This document shows, piece by piece, positions 48,385 to 58,287 of a stretch of DNA of 64,000 nucleotides. The notes beneath the pieces are model-generated. The model made no database searches. It had not been told where the DNA came from and saw only the letters and a program-made list of their open reading frames with translations. A program made the translations under genes and the position numbers. Within the stretch, counting starts at the first letter, position 1. Each line of letters begins with the position of its first letter. This DNA comes from a virus, in the IMG/VR virus record IMGVR_UViG_3300032242_002717, positions 1 through 64,000 of that record; one strand, given 5' to 3'.

Positions 48385-49572
48385 ATGGACTCGCATGACC
48401 CAAGAAGCCCAAACAGGATAGCCTGGCTTCAGAGCCTGAACCAATGCGCGGATCGCAGAGATAACCCGGTCCCAGTCGGCGGAATCGTAAGTCGATATCA
48501 GACGCCAAATAAGAGAATTGTGATCAGAGCTAACCTGTATGGTCACGGCGGCTACGGGCAGCTTGCAGAATGGACTGGCAGGGAACTTGAGTCGCATGGA
48601 ATCCCTGTAGCGTACGACCCGATAGCAGTTATCGAAGAATTTATTCCTTTGCAAGCTTTTGTGCGAGACCGACTTATCGTTTCGCCGGTCGATAATTGGG
48701 AGCTTTTGCTCTCTACGCCATCAACCAAACCTATGCCCAACAAAAATAGCGTGTTTTTTTCAATGTGGGAGACTACTGGCATAAATCGGACATCTGTGTC
48801 CAATTTAAATCAGTCAAAGTTTGTTATTGTGCCATGCAAATTCAACAGAGACACCTTTTTTGATTGTGGAGTGAATGTTCCTATCGATATCGTGCCTTTG
48901 GGAGTCGATGGAGATAAATGGACTTGCACGGACATGCCAAGGTATCCGTCTGGAGACACGGTGTTTGTGACAGCCGCGAGGCATTCCCATGGTGGCGTAA
49001 GAAAAAATACTATTGATATGGCGAGAGCGTTTTGCGAGGCATTCCCTAAAGGTGACGAGCCTGTTCAATTCAGAATCAAGTGCTTTACGGACTGTCAATC
49101 GCATCTTGATAATCTGCCAAGAGATAAAAGAATCAGAGTCTACAAAAACACCATGACCGATGACCAGTTAGTCGATTGGTGCAAAGAATCCACGGTTGGA
49201 GTTTTTTGTTCAAGGGGAGAGGGTTGGGGCATGCACATACACCAATTCCTTTCAATTGGGAGGCCGGTGATTACATGCTTTGGTTCGGCGATGAACGATT
49301 ATTGCAACCGCGATGTTGCTTTCCCTGTTGAGTTCAAGTGGGAAAAAGCGAGAGACTGTTATGAAGACAGTGGATCTTGGATGGTCCCATTGAGGGAAAG
49401 CATGATAAGCACTTTTCAATATGTATTTAATAATAGATGCGAGGTTCAGAAAATGTCTGGTTTATGCGCGGTGAAAGCGAGGGAGTTTACCTGGAAAACA
49501 ATGGGAAACAAGCTTGTAGAAACACTGAAGATGCGTGGACTACTAAAAGAAATTGGATTTCCAGATGTATAA
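48385..49572 (+). CDS. GT-B (family 4-like) glycosyltransferase
   Basis: GGYG, MWETT, VPLGVD, RKN, SRGEGWGM. Confidence 0.85.
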   Translation: MDSHDPRSPNRIAWLQSLNQCADRRDNPVPVGGIVSRYQTPNKRIVIRANLYGHGGYGQLAEWTGRELESHGIPVAYDPIAVIEEFIPLQAFVRDRLIVSPVDNWELLLSTPSTKPMPNKNSVFFSMWETTGINRTSVSNLNQSKFVIVPCKFNRDTFFDCGVNVPIDIVPLGVDGDKWTCTDMPRYPSGDTVFVTAARHSHGGVRKNTIDMARAFCEAFPKGDEPVQFRIKCFTDCQSHLDNLPRDKRIRVYKNTMTDDQLVDWCKESTVGVFCSRGEGWGMHIHQFLSIGRPVITCFGSAMNDYCNRDVAFPVEFKWEKARDCYEDSGSWMVPLRESMISTFQYVFNNRCEVQKMSGLCAVKAREFTWKTMGNKLVETLKMRGLLKEIGFPDV

Positions 49573-50266
49573 TAACGACGAAAAAAACAGAGAAATGATT
49601 GCCGAGATTCAACTTGGCGATAATCAGGCTCTGGAAGAACTTATCAACTTGAACATGCCGATGGTAAAGGCAGTTGTTAGAGACGTTCTGAAAGGGTGGT
49701 CCAAGTCAAGAAGGTCGAATTTCTCAAGCGATCTGCAACAAGAAGGCGTGATAGCCCTTATTGAGTCATCTCGCAAGTTCAACCTTGAGTCAAAGACTAT
49801 TTTTTATTCTTATGCAAAGAAAGCGATATATCGACGGGTTGTCAGAAAAACGAGAGACATGCTGATAGTCTCGATTCCAAGCACTGTACTCGATTGCAAT
49901 ATGGAAGCATCGAAAGCCGCATTTAGTCTTGAGGCGATAGGCAATAGCAATGGTGGCTTCGAGGGAATGATCGAGAGAGAATGTTGCTTGACGAGCGATG
50001 GTGGAATGAGTCAGATTGAAAACGTAGAAGACATGGAATTTGTGGACTCAATATCAGACATGGTCGATGCTATGCCAGAGATGCTCGCCAGGTGCGTCAA
50101 GCTCAGGCACGGTTACGAGAAAGGCAAATGGTGCTGCGAGAACAGCATGTCTTATCGAGAGATGGGCCATGAGCTAGGAATCTCTCATGTGTGGGCAAGG
50201 GTTGTTTATACTCTCGCCCAACAAGAGTTAAAAATGATGGTTTGCGACATGAGGAACAAAATTTAG
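49553..50266 (+). CDS. sigma70-family sigma factor 3
   Basis: LINLNMPMV, DLQQEGVIALIESSRKFN...FYSYA; MSYREMGHELGIS. Confidence 0.85.
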   Translation: MDFQMYNNDEKNREMIAEIQLGDNQALEELINLNMPMVKAVVRDVLKGWSKSRRSNFSSDLQQEGVIALIESSRKFNLESKTIFYSYAKKAIYRRVVRKTRDMLIVSIPSTVLDCNMEASKAAFSLEAIGNSNGGFEGMIERECCLTSDGGMSQIENVEDMEFVDSISDMVDAMPEMLARCVKLRHGYEKGKWCCENSMSYREMGHELGISHVWARVVYTLAQQELKMMVCDMRNKI

Positions 50267-51021
50267 GAACAGACAGAAATTCGATAAATGGCGACGTTGT
50301 CCTCAAACTGAATTAGTTCTGCTTCAATGCGAATTACATCCCCATCGCTAGGTGGATGGAATGGGCACACTGAGTACTCGTAAACTAACCCGATCACTTT
50401 TAGTCCGGCGACATCGATATTGACGATGTCATATTCGACCGAATACTTGAGTTTTGAGTGGTTTCTTTCTTTGACCTGATGAGCCACTAAAGAAGTAGCC
50501 TCTATCAGCTTGTCTTTAATTAAATGCGTATCATTTATGATCTCGCTGATTTCTGTTGTCATCTTGCGTTGTGACCTTCTTCGGAAATGATGACAAAAAT
50601 GCCTTTTTCTCGAAGAGATTTAAGTTCTTCTAAAGCCTTTGTTCCTTCGTCCATGAACGGTTTCAACGGTTTTTTCTTTTTCCATGATTCGATCATGCCA
50701 GACAATGAGAGTTCCATCGAAATCATTGCATTCTTGTACCGTTCCATATCAGCTTGCATAAATTGGCTCCTCGCACTTTAGCACTATTTCTCGGATCTCT
50801 TTGATTGCGTCCGTAAAGTTTTGCAACTCTTCTTCCGTATCAACCCTGCAAACAAGCTTTTTGGCAACATCATACAAATCCACGGCATTTGCTATGATTT
50901 GCGAGTCGAAAGGATCGGGAAGCCTGTCTCCCAATGCCTTGGATTTTTGCAGAAGATCGTAAATCTCGGTTGCACTCACTTTGACTGGCAAAGTATTCTC
51001 CTTCCGTATTCGGCCATGCAC
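50263..51021 (-). CDS. Three small hypothetical ORFs (50263-50562, 50559-50759, 50749-51021)
   Basis: Overlapping stop/start chain. Confidence 0.55.
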
Positions 51022-51524
51022 AGAGCGTCTGCAATTCCATCGTGAGACTTTCTTGATCTTTCGGTGGCCTTTAAATCAAATCCCGGCCACCGCCGATTGC
51101 AATATGCGATAGAGTCGTTCTTGTCCTTATTTGCAAATCCATCAAGCACGACCTTCTTCCATCTTTGCGGTGTCACGAACTGATAGGGAAGGCCAAGCGT
51201 TCCAACGACTCCTTCGATAATTCCAAGAGATCTTCCGAACGAAAACACGGAAGCCACTCCTTGTTTTGGCATACTGTGAACTTGTTCTATGATGACAAGT
51301 AAAACAACATATACTTTTTCATCGCAAACATATCCCCCATCGTATTGAGAGAGCAAAGACGCTAGGCCGTTGGGATCAATCGAGTTCTTTTTTGATTTTG
51401 TTACTGGCATCGGTTTGCCAGATATTGGAATTCCTGTGTCTTTGTCAATTACGCTTATGCCGCCACTGATCCCAGGATCAATTCCAATCACTACGTCTTT
51501 TGCAAATTCATTTCTGTAAAGCAT
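50976..51524 (-). CDS. RuvC-like Holliday junction resolvase
   Basis: IGIDPG, IIEQV..MPKQG, FSFGRSLG, PQRWKK, DGIADAL. Confidence 0.88.
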   Translation of the reverse strand: MLYRNEFAKDVVIGIDPGISGGISVIDKDTGIPISGKPMPVTKSKKNSIDPNGLASLLSQYDGGYVCDEKVYVVLLVIIEQVHSMPKQGVASVFSFGRSLGIIEGVVGTLGLPYQFVTPQRWKKVVLDGFANKDKNDSIAYCNRRWPGFDLKATERSRKSHDGIADALCMAEYGRRILCQSK

Positions 51525-52327
51525 TAGATTTGCTCATCCTGTTCTTCCCACAAGAAAGCCAAGGCTTCTTCTTTGGTCAAGAAAAAACTGACACCTGGAC
51601 CTTCGTCGCTCTTGTCTTCCGAGAACTCTTCGCTCGAAATACAATCTCCCGGCTTGAATTGCTTCCCGTCCGTCAGGCGCTCGTAAACTGCCTCCCCTGG
51701 GTTCGACGGAGACAGAAGGACTTCTGAGGCTCGGCACCATCTAAATGGCCCGTTGGTGCGTTTAGCGTAGTCAGGAACAACGATCAGGCCGACCACTCCG
51801 TTTCTGAACGCCTTGAAGGCAACGAAAGATCCAGATTGAGGGACGATAGACTGAGACGCGATGGCTACCTCAATTCCTCGGCATTCGTCAGCGTGGCTGT
51901 TCGCAGTAGAGCATCCTGACATGATAGCCTTAAAAAAATCAGATCTTACAAAAACAGACTCAGACCACGACGACATGGAGAAGTCGGCAAACCCGAACTG
52001 AGAGTCAAAGACCATGCCGTTTATCTGAGAGTATCCAAAATCTGCACCGTAGAACTTGGTGTTTTTGATGAGTGTATCGGACAGGTCAGCGAAAAGAAAA
52101 AGCGAGTCAGAGAAGTCGCACCCTATGAAGGTCGATCCAGTAAAGTCGGCATGACAAAAGTCTGACCTTTTAAGATCGGCTTTATACAGCTTCGAGCCTC
52201 TCAAGTTTGCGTAGGAAAGGCTAATACCTCTCTCGGTCGCCATCTCCAGGGCTTCACGTCTTGTATTTGCTTCAGGAATCTCGCAGATGCATGTTCCATG
52301 CACGCTCATAATTGTGATGGCCATGAT
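51524..52327 (-). CDS. Pentapeptide-repeat protein with DUF5758-like C-terminus
   Basis: ANLRG/ADLKR/ADFTG repeats; GSFVAFK...CRASEV...GVSFFLTKEEA; start approximate. Confidence 0.75.
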   Translation of the reverse strand: MMAITIMSVHGTCICEIPEANTRREALEMATERGISLSYANLRGSKLYKADLKRSDFCHADFTGSTFIGCDFSDSLFLFADLSDTLIKNTKFYGADFGYSQINGMVFDSQFGFADFSMSSWSESVFVRSDFFKAIMSGCSTANSHADECRGIEVAIASQSIVPQSGSFVAFKAFRNGVVGLIVVPDYAKRTNGPFRWCRASEVLLSPSNPGEAVYERLTDGKQFKPGDCISSEEFSEDKSDEGPGVSFFLTKEEALAFLWEEQDEQI

Positions 52328-52433
52328 TTGACCTTTCTTTTTGGTCTCCGCGCGGAGACAAGTCTTCTCTTGTGCCGACACATTCTAGGTTTGCTCTCGT
52401 TGCCTGGCAACCTTATGGCAACTAGAATACGGC

Positions 52434-53240
52434 ATGGCAACCACTTGCTTAAAGAAGGTCATCAATTCAGGCAGGCCGGGAGCTTGCCAAGAGGTGATTG
52501 TTGCTGCGCGTCGGTATGGACTAGAGACGGGGGGATGGAGTCGTCCCTTTTTTTGGAATGGGCATTGGGGTGCTGTCTGGCTGAGAGCATACGGACTGAA
52601 GGAACTCCAAAGAGGCCCAGGCAAAATGTTTTTTCGAGTGCCTTTTGCCAACGTAAGGGATTCGGATGGGACCGCATGGTTTGGCAGCGTTAAGAATGAT
52701 GGTTGCGTCAGAGTAAGAGAGGCGATACATCGTTTTCGCAGGCCGATTATGTTTGTGACTCAGTCAAAGAAAATTGGAGATGATCCCAAAAGGATGGCCG
52801 ATTGGATAGAAAAAAATGCAATCGAGGTTCTGAACGTCGAGTCTTACGCCGGTACTGACATGGGTCTGGGCATGCCTTACTTCGCAAAAAGGTTTATGGT
52901 CAAGGTTTTTCTGGAGCTTGGGCTGAAGGCGTTGCAGGTAGAACATGATTTTTGGACTCCAACTCACTTCTTGCATAGCGAGTGCTGGTGCAATTACGGC
53001 CCCCAGCGCAATCTTAATAACAATGTTCATCATAAAATTGAATTTTTGACTTTGGACGTTTCGAGTTATGAGAAACTCAAATCCCTAAATCATTTTCAGC
53101 GTTCACACTCTTGTCATTCAAGTGACGAAATCGTTGATTTCAAAGAAGTTCCAGAATATCCCTCAATGCCTTTCGTGAGGCATTGGGGCGTGTACAAAGA
53201 AGGTCGAATGGGCATCCAAGCAATCGAGTGGATCAAATGA
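52434..53240 (+). CDS. SLOG-superfamily (MoCo-carrier-like) protein
   Basis: KVINSG..GA...GLETGGW, NVRDSDGT, IEVLNV. Confidence 0.7.
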   Translation: MATTCLKKVINSGRPGACQEVIVAARRYGLETGGWSRPFFWNGHWGAVWLRAYGLKELQRGPGKMFFRVPFANVRDSDGTAWFGSVKNDGCVRVREAIHRFRRPIMFVTQSKKIGDDPKRMADWIEKNAIEVLNVESYAGTDMGLGMPYFAKRFMVKVFLELGLKALQVEHDFWTPTHFLHSECWCNYGPQRNLNNNVHHKIEFLTLDVSSYEKLKSLNHFQRSHSCHSSDEIVDFKEVPEYPSMPFVRHWGVYKEGRMGIQAIEWIK

Positions 53241-54350
53241 AAAATGCTTCTGCGGTCGCTGTTAGTCTTACTGCAAATATCTTCCCGATTGTATCCAGAT
53301 GCACGCGCGTCGATTCCGATGACAAGAGCGACGAAAAGACCAAAACGGAAATTGTTGCGGTCAGGCTGTTTGATGGCGAACCTGCGGAAGAAATCGTCCT
53401 TTCAGAAGTTTCTGACGATGTTGCAATGGCGTGCCTTTCCTTGCATCATCAATTTGAACTGAAGTGCCTTCGTGACATCGACCTTAATCTTGGTCGAGCG
53501 ATCCCTAAAGACGGCAATACTTTTTGGGATGTCTTACGCGAAGTTGTCGATGATAACCCTTTAATTGACACTGTGATTTTGCCAGCGACGTTCCTTAGTA
53601 TTTATCCTCGCTCGCTAGTTACTCAAACTGAAAATAAGACTCTTATGGGCGAGGAGGTCTTGTATTTCAGATCTGCCGAATTTCCAGAGCTATTTTTTTC
53701 TATCGACGCAGCACTTAGCGGACAAGCAATATGTATGGTTTCTAGTGATTTTCGGATCAAGATAATTTGCTGCGAGACACTTCTGGACGATGCTTGTTTT
53801 ATGTCGGCTTGGATCGAAATTGCAAGTGTGCAAAGTGGGATCGTCATAATGATTCCAGAAGATCCGGGCAGCATATGGGGTGAAGAAAAGGAGTCAGCCG
53901 ATGACGAGTGATGTCGTTTCTGATCCTCCCTGGGTTGAATATGCGAGATGGCTGATTCTTAACAAGTACGAATCTGCGTACACTCGTTTTTGCGAAAGAG
54001 CATGGGCTATCTATCTTTCTCAACCCGAGAAGATAAGATCCCTGGAGTACTCGTATACGCAAGCGTGGATCGAGCTTCGTCTTGTCAGTCCCGAATGCAA
54101 TTATCAACCTCAAGGCGTTGCAAGCAACTCACACGAAAACATACGGCCAGGCAAGCCAACTTTTGGATACACGAAATCTGGTCATTTGATAAGTATAGAA
54201 GAAGGGAGGAGCGAGTCAGATCAAGAATCTGATCCGGTTTTGATGGTCAGTGGAGAAGGATGGCTTTTTTGGGATGCGTGCAAGAAACATGACATCCTTG
54301 TGAAAAAATCAGCAAGGTCAAAAGTCAAACAGAAGTCGGTTTATTCTTAA
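53237..54350 (+). CDS. Two hypothetical proteins (53237-53911, ~53901-54350)
   Basis: Coupled ORFs. Confidence 0.55.
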
Positions 54351-54360
54351 GGAGCATGAA

Positions 54361-54522
54361 ATGCCAAGCAAGAGCAAGAAGCAGCACGACATGATGGAAG
54401 GCGCATCTCACGACAAGAAATACGCCAAAGAGATGGGAGTTCCTCAGAAGGTCGCCAAAGACTACACCGATGCCGACAAAAAGTCTGGCAAGTACAAATC
54501 AAAGAAAAACAAGTCCAAGTGA
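54361..54522 (+). CDS. 53-aa basic phage protein MPSKSKKQH...GVPQKVAKD
   Basis: Hand translation; AAGGAG RBS; below the ORF track cut-off. Confidence 0.7.
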   Translation: MPSKSKKQHDMMEGASHDKKYAKEMGVPQKVAKDYTDADKKSGKYKSKKNKSK

Positions 54523-54539
54523 AGTCAACAGGAGTTTAA

Positions 54540-55037
54540 ATGCTTAAGCTTTATGAGATTCCTGAAGAATATAGAAAGCTCATGGCTCAGGTGGACGAGG
54601 CCAACGGCGAGCTAACTTCAGAGATGGAAGAATCGCTCAATGCAATTGAGGCGAACATTGAAGCCAAGGTTGACGGTGTCGTCACGCTGATAAAGGAAGC
54701 TGAAGGGGAATCTGCTTCATTCGCTGCCGAAATCAAGAGACTGCAAGAGCGAAAAAAGGCTTGCGACAACAGAGCCAAAAACCTGGCTTCCTATGTGATC
54801 AAAACCATGGATCAGATAGGCATGGACAAGGTCAAGACAACACGCTTCACAGTCGCTCCTCAATTCGCAGGCAGGCCGTCCATTTCTTGGACAGGACTAC
54901 CGGAAGAGATTCCAGATGAGTTCAAGCGAACAAAGCACGAACTTGATGGCAATGCCGCTTTTGAAGCGTGGAAACTAGGCGTTCTGAATTCAGAGCGTTT
55001 TGAAGTTCAAAAAAGCCGATTCCTATCAATCCGATAG
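54540..55037 (+). CDS. Siphovirus Gp157-family protein
   Basis: KLYEI, EAKVDG...EIKRLQERKK, C-terminal LSIR. Confidence 0.85.
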   Translation: MLKLYEIPEEYRKLMAQVDEANGELTSEMEESLNAIEANIEAKVDGVVTLIKEAEGESASFAAEIKRLQERKKACDNRAKNLASYVIKTMDQIGMDKVKTTRFTVAPQFAGRPSISWTGLPEEIPDEFKRTKHELDGNAAFEAWKLGVLNSERFEVQKSRFLSIR

Positions 55038-55045
55038 GATTTATC

Positions 55046-55264
55046 ATGCCAAGCCTAGAATTCAATAAAACGCTGCAAGAAATTGCGTTTTCCTACGATC
55101 AAATCCTCAATGCAATCGATATGCTTGCCGTTCGGCCCGTCTGTCGAGGTTGTGGCACTGACATACTTCCGACAATCGAGGCTGCGAGGTCGGCTATAGA
55201 CAAGTTCTTGTCAACACCAAATCCTTGCGATAGTCCTGGGATGTGTCCAAGAAGACTTTGGTGA
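55046..55264 (+). CDS. Hypothetical protein
   Basis: Last ORF of the operon. Confidence 0.5.
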   Translation: MPSLEFNKTLQEIAFSYDQILNAIDMLAVRPVCRGCGTDILPTIEAARSAIDKFLSTPNPCDSPGMCPRRLW

Positions 55265-55290
55265 GAACTTGGGATTGACAAACAGGTAAA

Positions 55291-55330
55291 CACTAACGGC
55301 CACTCTGGTTTCCCAGAGTGGCCGTTAGTG
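55291..55330. terminator. 18-bp-stem hairpin between convergent units
   Basis: CACTAACGGCCACTCTGG-TTTC-CCAGAGTGGCCGTTAGTG. Confidence 0.75.
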
Positions 55331-55421
55331 CCACCACAAACAAGAGACTGCTTGCACAATGTATTGCGAGGCGGAATCCGTTCCGCCTTCAACATAATCA
55401 TAGGCAGTAGTGTACGGATGG

Positions 55422-56555
55422 TCAAGACTGTCTATCAATTGCAACTTTGCACGCAAGGTCCAAGTCAGGCTCCGGCTTTGCGTAATTCAAGGTCGTGGTA
55501 ACGTCGGAATGGCCCAACACGGCCCTGGCGGCATCGACGCCATATTTCCTCCTGATCTCTGTCGCGGCCAGGTGACGAAGGGCATGCGGCGACCAGATTG
55601 GGATCTTGTTTTTTTGGCATGCAAACCTGATGACTCCGCGATAATTTTCAGGCGTGTATTTTGTCCTGTACTGGTTCTGAAAGATCTCCTGACTGTCAAG
55701 TCGCATGGGAAGGTATTTGCTTATTATGGCTTTTGCCTTTTCTCCTAGAGCGACTTTCCTGATTTTATTTCGATGGGAAGTTTTGTTGAATTCGGGCGGG
55801 ACAACGTACACCCAGATTTCGTTTGAGCGGTCAATGTCTTGAGGTCGCATCGCGCAAATCTCACACGACCTCATGCCGGTCATGATCTGAAGATCGATCA
55901 TGTCTTTGACTCTTTCGCAGGTATACTCGCGTACAGTCTGAATGTCTTCTGAAGGCGGAGGTTTTCTTTCTGGCCTGTCTGGAGCTTTTGACCTTCCAAT
56001 TCTTTGGGTATCAACAATTTTTGATTTCATCCATGCGTCAACCTGGCAATAACCTCTGACTCCGGCCCAACGCAAGAACACCGTAGTTATCCTGTGCCTA
56101 TCATTTACTGAACGCCTGACCAGTCCATCGTTGATCCACTTTTCAATGAGCATCAGAAGACTTTTGGGTTGAAACTGATCCATCGGCAGTGAGCCAAATA
56201 GCTCAACAAGATCCTCAAGTGCCGCCTTGATGTTTTTGACCTGCGAGGTCGGCTTTCCTCTCTTCACATAGTAGATGGAGCAATAGTCCAGGTATTGCTT
56301 GACAGTCCATTCAATCGTCGACTTTGTGTCCGATGATTCATAGACGGTTGTTCGTCCTTTGGCTTCCCACTGGCCAATCAGTTCCCCGTATTTTTGTTTG
56401 GCCGCTTTGAGATCGTGGCCGAGGTAATGGTCAAATCCCGAAAGCCGAACAACATACTGTCCGCTAGCATGCGTTCTCAACATCGGTATTTTGTTTTTAG
56501 TAAGCCGAGGCATGGCGTTCTCCCCAAAAATAGTAAGTACCATTTTCAGGTTCAT
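55422..56555 (-). CDS. int: Tyrosine integrase
   Basis: TGMR, K, HALRH, LGH, Y catalytic residues; likely start MPRLTK. Confidence 0.93.
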   Translation of the reverse strand: MNLKMVLTIFGENAMPRLTKNKIPMLRTHASGQYVVRLSGFDHYLGHDLKAAKQKYGELIGQWEAKGRTTVYESSDTKSTIEWTVKQYLDYCSIYYVKRGKPTSQVKNIKAALEDLVELFGSLPMDQFQPKSLLMLIEKWINDGLVRRSVNDRHRITTVFLRWAGVRGYCQVDAWMKSKIVDTQRIGRSKAPDRPERKPPPSEDIQTVREYTCERVKDMIDLQIMTGMRSCEICAMRPQDIDRSNEIWVYVVPPEFNKTSHRNKIRKVALGEKAKAIISKYLPMRLDSQEIFQNQYRTKYTPENYRGVIRFACQKNKIPIWSPHALRHLAATEIRRKYGVDAARAVLGHSDVTTTLNYAKPEPDLDLACKVAIDRQS

Positions 56556-56920
56556 TGTAAACGCCTTTATTTAAGAGTCAAACACAATATGTTTGGCTCA
56601 TAGTTTCAGATTCATGTAAAAGACGCAAGGCATTGCATTGCAATAACTTGCGTCTTTGCATGTACGAACGAATACTATTTTTATAGTGGTCACAACGTGG
56701 TAATTTACTATTTTTATTATGGCAACATCTTGATCATTACTTTAAAAGTGGTATTTACTTTTTTGAGCCGACAAACAAAGATTTGACATCGTTCCGAGCC
56801 TGTTTTATTGAGAACAACATGGAAAACGAACAAAAGCTCAAAGTTCCTGTAAAGCTTGAATCTTTGAGGCAGGTATCCGTGCGAGTTGGGAAAAACTTGG
56901 CTCCTGAAACGGCACGGAGG

Positions 56921-57445
56921 TCATGGCATCTTCGTCTCAGTGATGGGCAGATTGTTGAACTGAGCATCGTCTTCGCAAGGCGAAGCGTTTGGTTCAATCG
57001 AGTTCTCGATAGAGACTGGACTACCTGGGGCGTTGGGCCTTTTGTGATTGCGTTTCGACTCAGGTAAATTTTTCTCAAGGTGGGTTTCGTCTCTAGATCG
57101 GATGACCTTTGCAACCTCGCTTTTCTTGGTTTGCGTTGTCTCGGAATTGAGAAGTATTCTCAAAGATTCTCGTTCGCCGATTCGCTCGATTTCAATATTG
57201 AGTGTTTGCCGAATTGCAGACGCTCCCTCGACCGGCAAAGAGTCGTTCAGAACAAAACCGACATCAAGATCCGCTAGAGAGCATAGTGTCAGAAGCGTGT
57301 CATAGTCTGGCTGATTAGCTCCACTGAGCCATTTGCTAACCGCGCCATGCGAACACCCCAAATGCTTCGCAATAAATTGCAGCGATATGTTTTTGAGAAG
57401 AATCGCTCTCTTAATCTTGGCGTGCCAGAGATTGGTTGTTGTCAT
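56921..57445 (-). CDS. Xre/Cro-C1 HTH regulator
   Basis: SLQFIAKHLGCSHGAVSKWLSGANQP. Confidence 0.85.
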   Translation of the reverse strand: MTTTNLWHAKIKRAILLKNISLQFIAKHLGCSHGAVSKWLSGANQPDYDTLLTLCSLADLDVGFVLNDSLPVEGASAIRQTLNIEIERIGERESLRILLNSETTQTKKSEVAKVIRSRDETHLEKNLPESKRNHKRPNAPGSPVSIENSIEPNASPCEDDAQFNNLPITETKMP

Positions 57446-57748
57446 TTCTCGTTCTATTGACCGTTACTTGGGTCTAAATGTTGATTTCCAAAAAGTACTT
57501 GATTGTCCTTTAATGGAACGATATTCTTTTTCTCATCAGGATGAGTGCCGACAGGTTCACCGAGGTGGCTCAATGAAAATTGTCAAACCGGATCACACAA
57601 ATAATAGGGAACGAGTCAAAATAAGGATTTCAGAAGACGCATATCTTTTAGCCACAATAAGCGAAACCAGACACCTGGATAAATCTCAAATGTCTGGTTT
57701 TATAATCTCTGGAAGATTTGCGATAGGCGAGATGGAATTGGTTTCGGC

Positions 57749-58210
57749 TCAAGAAGAACGTCGAGACACTTTGTCTCTGCGTTTGTTTTCGTAGGGATCA
57801 ATCGGTCCAGGCTGGACTGCCAGACCGACCAGCCGTTTCATCGCAGTAGATAGTTCTGAGGGATCGTCGTCCGAGGAGGACACGGCGCGGGCCACCATCA
57901 ATAGACGCTCCTCGACTTCAGATAACTGAGGCTTCAGCTCTTCGCCTTTGGCTGGCGGCAACAGTCCAGGTCCGTTAATCAGCCAGTCGACGGTCGTGTT
58001 CATCCCCGCCGCAAGCCTATCGACAACATTTAGACTGACCAGAAATTTTGGATTGGTTCCGACGATTGCAGATATTCGCTCTTTGCCAAGACCGCAGAGT
58101 TGAGCGAAATCGATTTGTTTAATTTTTTTCTGTTTGAGGTATTCTCGGCACACGTCCCTGATTCTGGACCTGTATGCGTCCATGTAAGGATCTTCTGACC
58201 GAAACGTCAT
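57749..58210 (-). CDS. Xre HTH repressor (CI-like)
   Basis: KQIDFAQLCGLGKERISAI...TTVDWLING; divergent from the replication operon. Confidence 0.82.
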   Translation of the reverse strand: MTFRSEDPYMDAYRSRIRDVCREYLKQKKIKQIDFAQLCGLGKERISAIVGTNPKFLVSLNVVDRLAAGMNTTVDWLINGPGLLPPAKGEELKPQLSEVEERLLMVARAVSSSDDDPSELSTAMKRLVGLAVQPGPIDPYENKRRDKVSRRSS

Positions 58211-58226
58211 TTGCTTTTTCCTAAAC

Positions 58227-58255
58227 TTGACCTCTAGTCAAAGTGTTGCCACAAT
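58227..58255 (+). promoter_or_regulatory. Lytic-side promoter overlapped by inverted repeat TTGAC-N5-GTCAA
   Basis: TTGACC-17 nt-CACAAT with extended TG. Confidence 0.6.
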
Positions 58256-58287
58256 GTTGCGGACACCTTGCCACGGAGCGAGATGCT

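Noticed and set aside
48942-48957. GTATCC-GTCT-GGAGAC as another palindrome copy
   Set aside because: Mismatched, inside a CDS, non-palindromic centre; likely chance
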